Source: Candidatus Zambryskiibacteriota bacterium
GTDB taxonomy: Bacteria > Patescibacteriota > Minisyncoccia > Phycocordibacterales > Zambryskibacteraceae
Reading direction: 5' to 3'
Assembly (NCBI GenBank): GCA_009691335.1
Contig: SICR01000002.1
Coordinates: 1-51,594 of the forward strand
Length of the DNA stretch: 51,594 nt
The translations under genes were made by a program, and so were the position numbers. Shown here one piece after another: positions 25,187 to 34,417 of the stretch. The notes under the pieces were generated by a model, which worked only from the letters and a program-made list of their open reading frames with translations, was not told where the DNA came from and did not search any database. The number at the start of each line of letters is the position of its first letter. The first letter of the stretch is position 1.

Positions 25187-25847
25187 CAGATTTTTCTTTG
25201 GACAATATTTTTACAGACTTCTCAGGATTTTCCAATATAAGATATTTATACTGAAGAAGAGTTAATGAGTCCAAATTTCTTGTTTCCATCACCTCAATGT
25301 TGCCAAGGTTGCTGAAGGCGCGCTCGGTTTCTTTATTCTTGTTTGCGACGGCAATAGCTACCGCATTCTTTCTCTTCGAGAAAATATTTTCAAATCCCTT
25401 CACAGATGAGAGCGAGGTTAGAGCACTGATAGCCCTTTTGGTTTTGGCTTCACTCAGAGAAAGTGAGTCAACGAAGAGTACTTCACCATCCTTAAACTTG
25501 CGAGAAAGGATAGTGTAGAGAGCCTTAGTCTTCATCTTCTTAGAAACTTTGCGGTCATAATTCTTTTCATTCCTCGGACCATGAGCGACACCACCTCCAA
25601 CCCATATAGGAGAACGGATAGAGCCGTGGCGAGCGCGACCAGTACCCTTTTGCTGCCAAGGCTTCTTGCCACCACCAGAAACTTCGCCTCGATTTTTGGT
25701 ATGAGCAATATTTTTCCTCTTTGAGGAGAGGAGTGAATCCACAACTTGTTTGACTAAGTCAGCGTTCCAGCGCACAGCAAAAATATTGTCAGGCAAAGTG
25801 ATGTTGCCGACCTCCTTCCCTTCTAAGCTGTAAATCATTGTCTCCAT
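25179..25847 (-). CDS. rplD: 50S ribosomal protein L4
   Basis: 'HTKNRGEVSGGGKKPWQQKGTGRARHGSIRSPIWVGGGVAHGP'. Confidence 0.92.
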   Translation of the reverse strand: METMIYSLEGKEVGNITLPDNIFAVRWNADLVKQVVDSLLSSKRKNIAHTKNRGEVSGGGKKPWQQKGTGRARHGSIRSPIWVGGGVAHGPRNEKNYDRKVSKKMKTKALYTILSRKFKDGEVLFVDSLSLSEAKTKRAISALTSLSSVKGFENIFSKRKNAVAIAVANKNKETERAFSNLGNIEVMETRNLDSLTLLQYKYLILENPEKSVKILSKEKSDA

Positions 25848-25848
25848 T

Positions 25849-26283
25849 TTATTTGGCCTTTATCTCAACTTTCGTACCTCTTCGACCCGGAATAGCACCA
25901 CTTATAAAAACCTCCAGACTTTCAGGTAACACCTTAATGATTTGAAGATTTTTGACAGTCACGCGAGTACCTCCCATGCGGCCGGCCATGCGCATACCCT
26001 TAGCAACACGACCTCCAGCTCGTCCACCTCCACCAATGGAACCGGCCTCGCGCTCGGAATGCTTCTGTCCGTGAGAGCGACGACCTCCCTTAAAGCCGTG
26101 GCGCTTGACCACCCCTTGGAAGCCCTTGCCTTTTGAAATTCCAGAAACAGTAATTATCTCCCCTTCTGTCAGACTTCCAAGGTCTTCACCATTTAGAAGC
26201 TTGACCAAAGTCACTGGCTCTACAATTCCAGAGTCAGTGAAGATTTGGGTCATATTTACTTTTTTTGCTTGAATCTTTTGCAT
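25849..26283 (-). CDS. rplC: 50S ribosomal protein L3, strongly shortened (144 aa)
   Basis: 'KKVNMTQIFTDSGIVEPVTLV', 'GISKGKGFQGVVKRHGFKGG', 'GSIGGGG..GRVAKGMRMAGRMGGTRVTVKNLQI', 'SGAIPG'. Confidence 0.85.
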   Translation of the reverse strand: MQKIQAKKVNMTQIFTDSGIVEPVTLVKLLNGEDLGSLTEGEIITVSGISKGKGFQGVVKRHGFKGGRRSHGQKHSEREAGSIGGGGRAGGRVAKGMRMAGRMGGTRVTVKNLQIIKVLPESLEVFISGAIPGRRGTKVEIKAK

Positions 26284-26311
26284 TTTATCTACTGTTTACT
26301 ATCTACTTGCC

Positions 26312-26671
26312 CTAAAATATTTTCACATCTATGTTCACACCGCTTGGCAGTGACAAGTTGGTCAAAGATTCAATTACCTTCGGAGTAGGATTGATGATAT
26401 CGATGAGACGCTTGTGTATTCGCATCTCGAACTGTTCTCGCGCATTCTTGTATACGAACGCAGCGCGGTTCACCGTATATATCTTCTTCTCCACAGGTAG
26501 TGGGATGGGACCCACTACTTGAGCATCGTAGCGCAGTGCCGTGTCTATGATTTGCTTGACCGAAAGGTCTAGAATCTTGGATTCATAAGCACGAACCCTA
26601 ATCCTCAACCGAGAGACTGGTTCTTCGGCCTTGGGTTTCCTCTTTGATGTTGGTTTAGCTTTGGTAGCCAT
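26312..26671 (-). CDS. rpsJ: 30S ribosomal protein S10 with basic N-terminal extension
   Basis: 'LRIRVRAYESKILDLSVKQIIDTALRYDAQVVGPIPLPVEKKIYTVNRAAFVYKNAREQFEMRIHKRLIDI'. Confidence 0.92.
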   Translation of the reverse strand: MATKAKPTSKRKPKAEEPVSRLRIRVRAYESKILDLSVKQIIDTALRYDAQVVGPIPLPVEKKIYTVNRAAFVYKNAREQFEMRIHKRLIDIINPTPKVIESLTNLSLPSGVNIDVKIF

Positions 26672-26747
26672 TAATTTAATTTACAATTGACAATTTACAA
26701 TGAGCAATTTTATCGATTGTTTGTTGTCTATTGTTTATTGTCCGCCC

Positions 26748-27941
26748 TTAGGCGACTATTTTAGTTACCACACCGGCACCGACAGTCTTGCCTCCTTCGC
26801 GGATAGCGAAACGCATTTGCTCTTCGAGAGCAACAGGGGCAACGAGTTTAACTTTGAAAGTTGCTGTATCTCCAGGCATAACCATCTCTACACCTTCGGC
26901 GAGAGTAACTTCGCCAGTAACGTCAGTGGTGCGGATATAGAACTGAGGCTTGTAACCGGTGAAGAATGGAGTGTGGCGTCCGCCTTCCTCCTTCTTCAAC
27001 ACATAAACCTCAGCGGTAAACTCAGTGTGAGGCTTAACTGAACCAGGTTTAGCAAGCACCTGTCCACGGTGAAGGTCTTCCTTCTTGGTACCACGGAGCA
27101 AGATTCCTGCGTTATCACCAGCTCGTCCGTCTTGGAGAGACTTATTGAACATCTCAATACCAGTGACCGTAGTCTTGACAGTATCCTTGATGCCGATAAT
27201 TTCTACTTCTTCGCCAACCTTGACAGTGCCTCTCTCAATGCGACCGGTAACTACAGTACCACGGCCTTCAATAGAGAAGATGTCCTCGATTGGCATAAGG
27301 AATGGCTTGTCAGTCTCACGAACAGGCACTTCAAAGTAAGTATCAAGTGCGTCGGTGAGGGCCAAGATTTGCTTGGACCATTCATCGTCAATGCCTGAAG
27401 CTTCAAGAGCCTTAAGAGCTGAACCCTTAATGACCGGAGCATTTGCGCCGTCATAATCATACTTCTTCAAGAGATCTCGAACTTCCTCTTCAACGAGTCC
27501 GATAAGTTCTGCATCCTCTACCATGTCGCACTTGTTCAAGAAGACGATAATCTTCGGAACACCAACTTGCTTAGCAAGAAGGATATGCTCACGAGTCTGA
27601 GGCATAACGCCATCAGTTGCTGCAACTACGAGAATAGCGCCGTCCATCTGAGCGGCACCGGTAATCATGTTCTTGATGTAATCTGCGTGGCCCGGAGCAT
27701 CGACGTGTGCGTAGTGCCTTGCATCGGTTGAGTACTCAGAGTGAGAGAGGGCGATAGTAATACCGCGAGCCTTTTCCTCTGGAGAGTTGTCTATCTGGTC
27801 AACGTTCTTGACGGTCGCCTCTTTGCCTGCGCGGTGAAGCACATTCAAGATAGCGGCGGTCAGAGTTGTCTTGCCGTGGTCAACGTGTCCGATGGTACCG
27901 ACGTTGAGATGGGGCTTGGAACGATCAAATTCTGCTGCCAT
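26748..27941 (-). CDS. tuf: Elongation factor Tu
   Basis: '[10 protein letters not shown]', 'DAPGHADY', 'NKCD', 'SAL'. 397 aa. Confidence 0.97.
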   Translation of the reverse strand: MAAEFDRSKPHLNVGTIGHVDHGKTTLTAAILNVLHRAGKEATVKNVDQIDNSPEEKARGITIALSHSEYSTDARHYAHVDAPGHADYIKNMITGAAQMDGAILVVAATDGVMPQTREHILLAKQVGVPKIIVFLNKCDMVEDAELIGLVEEEVRDLLKKYDYDGANAPVIKGSALKALEASGIDDEWSKQILALTDALDTYFEVPVRETDKPFLMPIEDIFSIEGRGTVVTGRIERGTVKVGEEVEIIGIKDTVKTTVTGIEMFNKSLQDGRAGDNAGILLRGTKKEDLHRGQVLAKPGSVKPHTEFTAEVYVLKKEEGGRHTPFFTGYKPQFYIRTTDVTGEVTLAEGVEMVMPGDTATFKVKLVAPVALEEQMRFAIREGGKTVGAGVVTKIVA

Positions 27942-28100
27942 AGTAATAAATAGTTAAATAGTAAGTGTTAAGTGATTCTGAAATAAAGAAAGCGCGCGAG
28001 AACCATTGCTTTCTTCAGTTCAAAATGCGCGCATAAACCATACAATTCCCAATATTGAGAGAATCTCAAAGAGCAAAAGCACGGTTTACACGTAAGCGCT

Positions 28101-28129
28101 ATAGTATACAAAGCCCTATAAATTGTAAA
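28101..28129 (-). promoter_or_regulatory. Sigma70-like promoter for tuf (TTTACA-17-TACTAT)
   Basis: Minus sense: tttaca atttatagggctttgta tactat. It lies ~160 nt upstream of the tuf ATG and abuts the terminator of the inserted small gene. Confidence 0.45.
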
Positions 28130-28161
28130 GGGCCGCACGTTCCTTACGGATCGCGCGGCCC
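28130..28161 (-). terminator. G+C-rich terminator hairpin of the zinc-ribbon gene
   Basis: gggccgcacg-ttccttacggat-cgcgcggccc, followed (minus sense) by tttacaattta. Confidence 0.6.
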
Positions 28162-28165
28162 TTCC

Positions 28166-28348
28166 CTACTCCTCTTCCGCACGAGCCTGTCGTTGCCGGA
28201 GCTTTCGGTCCGCAGCGATCTCGAAATGTAGATATGACAGGCCAGTGGATACCTTCCACCCACACTTCCGGCACTTCAAGACCGCCGATTTGAGACCGCC
28301 TGTCCTGTCAGGGACTAACTGACCGCCGCAACCTTCATGTTTGTACAT
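28166..28348 (-). CDS. 60-aa zinc-ribbon protein, hypothetical
   Basis: 'MYKHEGCGG...(17)...LKCRKCGWKV' (H/C-x2-C ... C-x2-C) with an Arg/Glu-rich tail. GAGGAG lies 8 nt upstream. It has its own promoter and terminator. Confidence 0.55.
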   Translation of the reverse strand: MYKHEGCGGQLVPDRTGGLKSAVLKCRKCGWKVSTGLSYLHFEIAADRKLRQRQARAEEE

Positions 28349-28364
28349 ACTCTCTCCTCGTCAC

Positions 28365-28393
28365 ATCATACACCTATTTTATTAAAAAGTCAA
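28365..28393 (-). promoter_or_regulatory. Sigma70-like promoter of the zinc-ribbon gene (TTGACT-17-TATGAT)
   Basis: Minus sense: ttgact ttttaataaaataggtg tatgat, located between the fusA stop and the small ORF. Confidence 0.45.
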
Positions 28394-28423
28394 GCATTTC
28401 TATGTAAAATCCTTATTTTAGGC

Positions 28424-30586
28424 CTACTTCCCTCCCGTTCGAGCTTCGATGATAGTAGTAGCCACATTTGTCGGCACGACTGCATAATGGTCGAACTCCA
28501 TAGTAGAAGAGCCACGGCCTTCAGTCATTGAACGAAGGATGGTGACATATCCGAACATTTCGGAAAGAGGAACCTTAGCACGCACCACCTTGAGTTCGCC
28601 TCTATCTTCCATAGCTTCTATCTGTCCGCGCTTGCCAGAGAGATTGCCGGTAATGTCTCCCATGAATTTCTCCGGAACGACCACTTCCACTTTCATAATA
28701 GGTTCAAGGATAACTGGCTTAGCTCGGCGGGCTGCTTCTTGGAAGGCCTGCGATGCTGCGATCTTGTATGCGATTTCCGATGAGTCCACGTCGTGGTAAC
28801 TTCCGTAATTAAGTTCTGCAGAAATATCTACCATCTTGTAGCCAGCGAGAATACCGCGATCCATCGCTTCTCTAATACCCTTCTCAACTGCTGGAATAAA
28901 TTCTTGAGGGATCACACCTCCCTTGATAGCATCGATAAATTCAAATCCTGGTTCGCGATGTGCATTCTTCGGAATCTTTTCTTCAGGGTCATATTGAGGA
29001 AGAGGTTTAATCTTAATCTTGACATGGCCGTACTGACCCTTGCCTCCTGTCTGCTTGATGTATTTGTTCTCCACCTCAGCTTCACCCATAATAGTTTCTT
29101 TGTAAGCTACTTGCGGTTTGCCGACATTGGCCTCCACTCCGAATTCGCGCTTCATACGATCCACGATAATTTCTAGGTGAAGTTCGCCCATACCCATGAT
29201 GACAGTCTCGCCAGTCTCTTGATCGGATTTAATTTTGAAAGTTGGGTCTTCATCCGAAAGACGCTTAAGAGCCAGACCCATTTTCTCTTGGTCAGCCTTG
29301 GTCTTCGGCTCAATGCGTAGTGAGATAACTGGTTCAGGGAATTTGATTTGGTCTAGAAGGATTGGATTATTCTCGTCAGAGAATGTGTGAGAGGTCTTGG
29401 CATCCTTAAGACCGACAGCGGCGGCAATTTCTCCTGCGAAAACCTTTTTCACCTCTTCCCGCTTGTCTGCCTGAAGGCGAACGATGCGACCCAAGCGCTC
29501 CCTGGTACCAGTAGTTGAGTTATATATATAAGTACCGCTCTCAATAGTGCCTGAGTAAACACGGAAAAATGTCAGCTGGCCTACGAATGGGTCGGCTTGG
29601 AGTTTGAAGGCCAGTGCTGAGAAAGGCTCTTCGTCTGATGCATGGCGGATAACTTCTTCCCCCGTATCTGGATGCGTGCCCTTGACTGGAGGGATGTCGA
29701 GTGGAGATGGAAGGTAATCAACTACAGCATCAAGGACAAGTTGTACTCCCTTGTTCTTCAAAGCAGAACCTGTCATGACAGGGAAAATTTTGTTTTCAAT
29801 AACGGCCTTGCGAAGAACCTTCTTGAGGTCCTCCTGTGACGCCTCCTTTCCTTCAAGGTAATCATTCATCATCCGCTCATCGTTCTCCACGATACGCTCA
29901 ACTAGTTCACTGCGATATTTCTTGGCATCCTCGACAAGATTGTCAGGGATTTCCTTTTCAATAACCTTATTGCCCATCTCGCCTTCGAAGTAGTAGGCCC
30001 TCATCTTCAAAAGGTCTACTACACCTTCGTGTTTATCTTCCTCCCCTATTGGAATCTGGAAACGAACAGCCTTTTTGGAAAGCCTATCGAGAATTGATTT
30101 ATAAGAGCGCTCAAATGACGCGCCAGTTCTGTCTAATTTATTGATAAAGCAAATGCGAGGGACAGAAGCTTCTTCAGCATAACGCCAGTTGGTCTCCGAT
30201 TGTGGTTCCACACCGGCCACTCCGTCGAAAACTACAACTGCGCCGTCAAGCACACGGAGAGAACGCTTCACTTCTACGGTAAAGTCAATGTGGCCAGGGG
30301 TGTCGATGATATTGAAGCGATATTTTTTATCTTTCTTGGCACGATCTTCGTCCGACACATATGTCGGACTCCAGAAACAAGTAATAGCAGCAGCAGTAAT
30401 AGTGATACCACGCTCTCGCTCCTGTTCCATCCAGTCGGTAGTAGTGTCGCCTTCATGAACTTCGCCAATCTTGTGCTGGGAACCGGTATAGAAAAGCACG
30501 CGCTCGCTAGTTGTAGTCTTACCAGCGTCAATATGGGCGATGATGCCGAAGTTACGAACTCTTTCTAACGGATAGTCGCGTTGCAT
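28424..30586 (-). CDS. fusA: Elongation factor G
   Basis: '[10 protein letters not shown]', 'DTPGHIDF', 'NKLD'. 720 aa with all five domains. Confidence 0.97.
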   Translation of the reverse strand: MQRDYPLERVRNFGIIAHIDAGKTTTSERVLFYTGSQHKIGEVHEGDTTTDWMEQERERGITITAAAITCFWSPTYVSDEDRAKKDKKYRFNIIDTPGHIDFTVEVKRSLRVLDGAVVVFDGVAGVEPQSETNWRYAEEASVPRICFINKLDRTGASFERSYKSILDRLSKKAVRFQIPIGEEDKHEGVVDLLKMRAYYFEGEMGNKVIEKEIPDNLVEDAKKYRSELVERIVENDERMMNDYLEGKEASQEDLKKVLRKAVIENKIFPVMTGSALKNKGVQLVLDAVVDYLPSPLDIPPVKGTHPDTGEEVIRHASDEEPFSALAFKLQADPFVGQLTFFRVYSGTIESGTYIYNSTTGTRERLGRIVRLQADKREEVKKVFAGEIAAAVGLKDAKTSHTFSDENNPILLDQIKFPEPVISLRIEPKTKADQEKMGLALKRLSDEDPTFKIKSDQETGETVIMGMGELHLEIIVDRMKREFGVEANVGKPQVAYKETIMGEAEVENKYIKQTGGKGQYGHVKIKIKPLPQYDPEEKIPKNAHREPGFEFIDAIKGGVIPQEFIPAVEKGIREAMDRGILAGYKMVDISAELNYGSYHDVDSSEIAYKIAASQAFQEAARRAKPVILEPIMKVEVVVPEKFMGDITGNLSGKRGQIEAMEDRGELKVVRAKVPLSEMFGYVTILRSMTEGRGSSTMEFDHYAVVPTNVATTIIEARTGGK

Positions 30587-30621
30587 TTAAAATTTATTAT
30601 TAAAAGTACGGAACGAGTAAT

Positions 30622-31092
30622 TTACCAAGCAAAGTGAGCGAAGGCCTTGTTGGCTTCAGCCATCTTATGAGTGTTTTCTCTCTTCCTAACTGCTTCCCCT
30701 TCGTTATTTGCGGCTGCCATTATCTCTTCTGCAAGTTTTTCTGCCATAGGCTTGCCCTTCTTGGATCGAGCGGCATCTATAATCCATTTCATAGAAAGGA
30801 ATATGCGTCTCTCTGGACGAACTTCGCGAGGGATCTGGTAGTTTGCACCTCCGACACGGCGAGAGCGAACTTCCATCGTAGGGCCAGTGTTCTTGAGCGC
30901 CGCTTCAAAGATTTCCAGAGGATTTGGATTCTTGGCCTTCTCTTTAATTACCTCAAAAGAATCATAGACAACTTTCCTGGCGGTAGCTTTCTTGCCTTCG
31001 AGCATAGCGTAATTAATAAACTTAGTTACCTTCTCTGAATCATAGAGATGGTCAGCATTTATTTTCGGCTTGGCTTTGAGTTTTCTTCGCAT
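30622..31092 (-). CDS. rpsG: 30S ribosomal protein S7
   Basis: '[16 protein letters not shown]', '[16 protein letters not shown]', '[10 protein letters not shown]'. Confidence 0.95.
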   Translation of the reverse strand: MRRKLKAKPKINADHLYDSEKVTKFINYAMLEGKKATARKVVYDSFEVIKEKAKNPNPLEIFEAALKNTGPTMEVRSRRVGGANYQIPREVRPERRIFLSMKWIIDAARSKKGKPMAEKLAEEIMAAANNEGEAVRKRENTHKMAEANKAFAHFAW

Positions 31093-31109
31093 CGTATTAC
31101 TTATTTTAC

Positions 31110-31526
31110 TTATTTACTTTTTTTAGGCTTCTTGGCACCATATTGAGAACGAGACTGTCGCCTGTTTTCTACGCCGGTAGCATCCAACATACCTCGAACA
31201 ATAGTATAACGAAGGCCGACATCCTTCACGCGGCCACCACGAATCATGACTACGGAGTGCTCTTGCAGATTGTGTCCAATGCCGGGAATATAAGCTGTCA
31301 CTTCCATGCCGTTAGTCAGGCGTACGCGGGCAATTTTTCGAATAGCGGAGTTGGGCTTCTTGGGAGTCTTTGTGGTGACCTTAATAGCCACCCCGCGCTT
31401 GAACGGAGAATTGTAGAAAGCCGGCCTATTCTTCAAAGTATTGAAGCCACGCGTCAAAGCGACCGCCTTGGTCTTCTTGGTGAGTTTCTTCCTCTTCTTT
31501 TTTATCAGCTGATTGATAGTGGACAT
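31110..31526 (-). CDS. rpsL: 30S ribosomal protein S12
   Basis: '[10 protein letters not shown]', '[51 protein letters not shown]'. Confidence 0.96.
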   Translation of the reverse strand: MSTINQLIKKKRKKLTKKTKAVALTRGFNTLKNRPAFYNSPFKRGVAIKVTTKTPKKPNSAIRKIARVRLTNGMEVTAYIPGIGHNLQEHSVVMIRGGRVKDVGLRYTIVRGMLDATGVENRRQSRSQYGAKKPKKSK

Positions 31527-31556
31527 TTACAAAAATGCTCCCAACGGGAGAACACT

Positions 31557-31585
31557 ACTGTACTAAAAGAAGGTTAAATATGCAA
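31557..31585 (-). promoter_or_regulatory. Possible promoter of the rpsL-rpsG-fusA unit (TTGCAT-17-TACAGT)
   Basis: Minus sense: ttgcat atttaaccttcttttag tacagt, directly after the 31593..31621 terminator. Confidence 0.3.
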
Positions 31586-31592
31586 ATAAATT

Positions 31593-31621
31593 GGGCCCGC
31601 TTCCAGAAAGGAAGCGGGCCC
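31593..31621 (-). terminator. Rho-independent terminator
   Basis: gggcccgcttcc-agaaa-ggaagcgggccc, followed (minus sense) by aatttattt. Confidence 0.7.
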
Positions 31622-31627
31622 AAGAGT

Positions 31628-31816
31628 TCACGGGAATCTGGTCCAGTGAGGTGGAAGGGGCATGCTGGCAAGGACATACATAGTGCCCGCAATAGCCACC
31701 GCCACCGCCACAATGTAGAAGAGATTGTCTTCAAACTCTTCTAGTATGCGGTAGCAGACCGATGAAATTCTCGATGCGAGCTCTCCAGCTCCGCCGGTAA
31801 ATCTAATGATTATCAT
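31628..31816 (-). CDS. Small membrane protein (62 aa), hypothetical
   Basis: The internal ATG at 31816 has GGAGGG 5 nt upstream. C-terminal TM 'LFYIVAVAVAIAGTMYVLA'. A terminator follows directly. Confidence 0.45.
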   Translation of the reverse strand: MIIIRFTGGAGELASRISSVCYRILEEFEDNLFYIVAVAVAIAGTMYVLASMPLPPHWTRFP

Positions 31817-31896
31817 ATAGCCCTCCTCGGCTAATTCCTTTCTAACTATACACCCAAAGCTACCTTTTGTCAACCATCGCTCACTGAAGTCAGTAT

Positions 31897-32514
31897 TTAC
31901 AAGGGAACGCCTGCAATAAGGCTGAAAAGTAGCACAACCAAGGGGAATATCAACTGCCAGATGAAGAATACAAAGAAGATAAGTAGTACTAGTCCATAAC
32001 GTTCAAAAAAGGCTCTGAACTGGGTAAAATGAGCTGGAAACAGGGCAAAAAGGATCTTGGAACCATCAAGCGGAGGCACGGGCATGAGGTTAAAGACCGC
32101 CAGAATTATATTTATAAGCACTATGATACTAGTTATTTCTATAAATGCCGGACTAGCCCAACCAACCTCACCAGAAAGCGCACCTCGCAAGAGAACACCG
32201 AATATGAGGGCGATAGCGATATTGGAGAGCGGCCCTGCCCCAGCGACAATAGCTTCTGACCATCGTCCCGGACGAAGATTATACGGATTATAAGGCACCG
32301 GCTTGGCCCAACCAATAATAAATCCACCTAAAATGTAGGAGAAGAGCGGGACAAGTAATGAACCTATCGGGTCTAAGTGTTTGAGGGGATTAAGAGTAAG
32401 CCTCCCTTCATATTCCGCAGTCCTGTCCCCCAAATGCCTTGCTGCGTATCCATGAGAAACCTCGTGGATGACAATGGACATAATAAGTATGAGTATTTGG
32501 AAGAAAAAATCCAT
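31897..32514 (-). CDS. Site-2 protease (peptidase M50) family membrane metalloprotease
   Basis: 'HEVSHG' HExxH in TM1, 'LTLNPLKHLDPIGS', and 'NLMPVPPLDG'. Confidence 0.8.
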   Translation of the reverse strand: MDFFFQILILIMSIVIHEVSHGYAARHLGDRTAEYEGRLTLNPLKHLDPIGSLLVPLFSYILGGFIIGWAKPVPYNPYNLRPGRWSEAIVAGAGPLSNIAIALIFGVLLRGALSGEVGWASPAFIEITSIIVLINIILAVFNLMPVPPLDGSKILFALFPAHFTQFRAFFERYGLVLLIFFVFFIWQLIFPLVVLLFSLIAGVPL

Positions 32515-32555
32515 CTGAATAGACGAATTATAGCAATTATGTTATGTTATTGCTC

Positions 32556-32798
32556 ATGTCAAAGGTCTGCCAAGTATTAAACAAGAGCTCTAGGATGGGT
32601 GGAGGTTACTCCAACCGCACTCGTGCTACCCAATTCAACCCGACTGGTATGGTTAGGAAGTATGTTAACTTCCAGAAAAAGCGCGTCTATGTGCCAGAGC
32701 TCAAGAAGACCGTAACTCTTACTCTCTCAGCTAGAGCATGGAAAACTATTGCTAAACATGGCGCTCACTCAGTATTAAAGAAAGCTGGGATAATTTAA
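32556..32798 (+). CDS. rpmB: 50S ribosomal protein L28
   Basis: 'MSKVCQVLNK....GGYSNRTRATQFNP' and 'VTLTLSARAWKTIAKHG' parallel the E. coli L28 layout. Confidence 0.85.
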   Translation: MSKVCQVLNKSSRMGGGYSNRTRATQFNPTGMVRKYVNFQKKRVYVPELKKTVTLTLSARAWKTIAKHGAHSVLKKAGII

Positions 32799-32924
32799 TC
32801 TCTAAGAAGACTTGTCTGTCTGTTTTAAATCTTTCTATTCCAAATCTTATAGTACTGCATTCTTAATACGTCAATAATCCACCACAGTGGAATGATAACG
32901 TATCAACAAATATTATATTAATAA

Positions 32925-32978
32925 TGGTCTTAATGGTATTAATGGTATTAATAGTATTAAGGGTATTGAGGGTATTAA
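32925..32978. repeat. Tandem repeat, six copies of a 9-bp unit (GGTATTAAT consensus)
   Basis: ggtcttaat ggtattaat ggtattaat agtattaag ggtattgag ggtattaat. It ends 1 nt before the stop codon of the ComEC-MBL gene. Confidence 0.9.
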
Positions 32979-32979
32979 T

Positions 32980-33849
32980 TTACTTTAACTTGAGGTTCTT
33001 ACCATCTGTTTCGAATTTTATGATGCCCTTTCCAAGCGTGCTGACAACTTGCGCGCCAACTTGTGACAAAATATCTAGAACTTCTTTGTGCGGATGGCCA
33101 TAAGTATTATCTTTACCTGCAGAAATCACTGCATAGTCTGGAGAAACAGCTTCTGCAAAAGAAAGTGAAGTGGAAGTTCTTGAACCATGATGCCCGACCT
33201 TCAATACATCAGCATCAAGTATTTGTTTATTAAGATAGATCATAGTATTTTCAACTTTTATCGGTGAGTCACCCGTCAAAAGAAAGGATTTTTCTCCATA
33301 CTCCAGCTTGGCAACAATTGACGCATCATTTGTCTCCCATCTTGAAACATCTTGGTTTGGAAAAAGAATTTCTAATTTCACCCCATCGCCGAAATTTATA
33401 ACCATTCCACTTCTCGCTACAATTTGCGGAATATTTTTTGCCTCAAGACGCGCATGCAATTCATCATCTATAGAATTTTCACTCTCTACGCCCGGCTCTA
33501 TAAACAATCCGACATCATAACGACTCACCACTTCTGGCAATCCGCCTATGTGGTCCTTATCTGGATGCGACTCGATCATTACATCTATAGTTTTGTCTCC
33601 AAAAGGTAGAATTTTACCAAGTTCGGCCAGAACTTTCTTATTAGGTCCCCCATCCAAAAGAAGCTGCTTGTGCGTCGGAGTCTCTATAAAGACAGAATCA
33701 CCCTGGCCAATGTCTAGGAAATAGACCTTGAGCAAGTTGGTCGGAGTTTCTTGCCAAAATGCTGTCCAAACACAAATATTCCCGACCAAAAGAGCGGTTA
33801 GAATGCTCTCCCTCCATCTTTGCCTTAAGAGTTTGTGGTATTTCATCAT
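32980..33849 (-). CDS. ComEC/Rec2-type metallo-beta-lactamase domain protein with its own N-terminal membrane anchor
   Basis: 'YFLDIGQGDSVFIETP...LLLDGGP', 'HPDKDHIGGL', 'LKVGHHGSRTS', 'GHPH'. Confidence 0.8.
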   Translation of the reverse strand: MMKYHKLLRQRWRESILTALLVGNICVWTAFWQETPTNLLKVYFLDIGQGDSVFIETPTHKQLLLDGGPNKKVLAELGKILPFGDKTIDVMIESHPDKDHIGGLPEVVSRYDVGLFIEPGVESENSIDDELHARLEAKNIPQIVARSGMVINFGDGVKLEILFPNQDVSRWETNDASIVAKLEYGEKSFLLTGDSPIKVENTMIYLNKQILDADVLKVGHHGSRTSTSLSFAEAVSPDYAVISAGKDNTYGHPHKEVLDILSQVGAQVVSTLGKGIIKFETDGKNLKLK

Positions 33850-33874
33850 CTAATATACTAAGTATAATGTAGTC

Positions 33875-34417
33875 ATGACTAAACAATTCAAAGAACAGAA
33901 ATTCAATATCCCCGAACTTAAAGGAATCTCTAAGAGAAATATAGAAGAGCACTTGAAACTCTATGGTGCGTATGTGAAAAATGCCAACGACTTACTGGTA
34001 GAACAGGAGTACAACCGCCGATTTCCATTCGAATTCAATGGTATGCGAAATCACGAAATTTACTTCTCACAATTTGAAGGTGGGCCACAATCATTATCAG
34101 GCGATAGCGAATTTGCCAAAGCAGGGTTCGATTTGGAGAAATTCAAGAAGCTAGCCCTAACCCGTGGTGTAGGTTGGGCGATGGTCTATTACGACTCAGT
34201 TTCTAAACAACTTATACAGAGTTGGGTAGACGAACAACATTTGGGACAACTATTGCAATGCACCCCTGTACTCGCCCTCGATATGTGGGAGCACTCCTAT
34301 GTCGCAGACTACCAACCCAGCGGTAAGAAAAATTATATTGAAGACTTTTTTGATAATATAAACTGGAGAGTTGTCGAACAGAATTTCCTAGAAGTTAGCA
34401 AAGACGCGCGCGACTAA
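33875..34417 (+). CDS. Fe/Mn superoxide dismutase family protein (divergent N-terminal metal-site region)
   Basis: 'NHEIYF' and 'LDMWEHSYVADYQ' are classic SOD motifs. The N-terminal 'HH.KHH' block is reduced to 'EEHLKLY'. Confidence 0.75.
   Translation: MTKQFKEQKFNIPELKGISKRNIEEHLKLYGAYVKNANDLLVEQEYNRRFPFEFNGMRNHEIYFSQFEGGPQSLSGDSEFAKAGFDLEKFKKLALTRGVGWAMVYYDSVSKQLIQSWVDEQHLGQLLQCTPVLALDMWEHSYVADYQPSGKKNYIEDFFDNINWRVVEQNFLEVSKDARD

Noticed and set aside
32925-32978. CRISPR array
   Set aside because: The units are 9 bp and contiguous with no spacers. No CRISPR-like repeat-spacer structure exists anywhere in the window.
32799-32979. Possible replication origin (AT-rich, 9-mer array, one DnaA-box-like TAATCCACC)
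   Set aside because: There is only a single 7/9 DnaA-box match, no dnaA/dnaN context, and the repeated 9-mer does not resemble a DnaA box.
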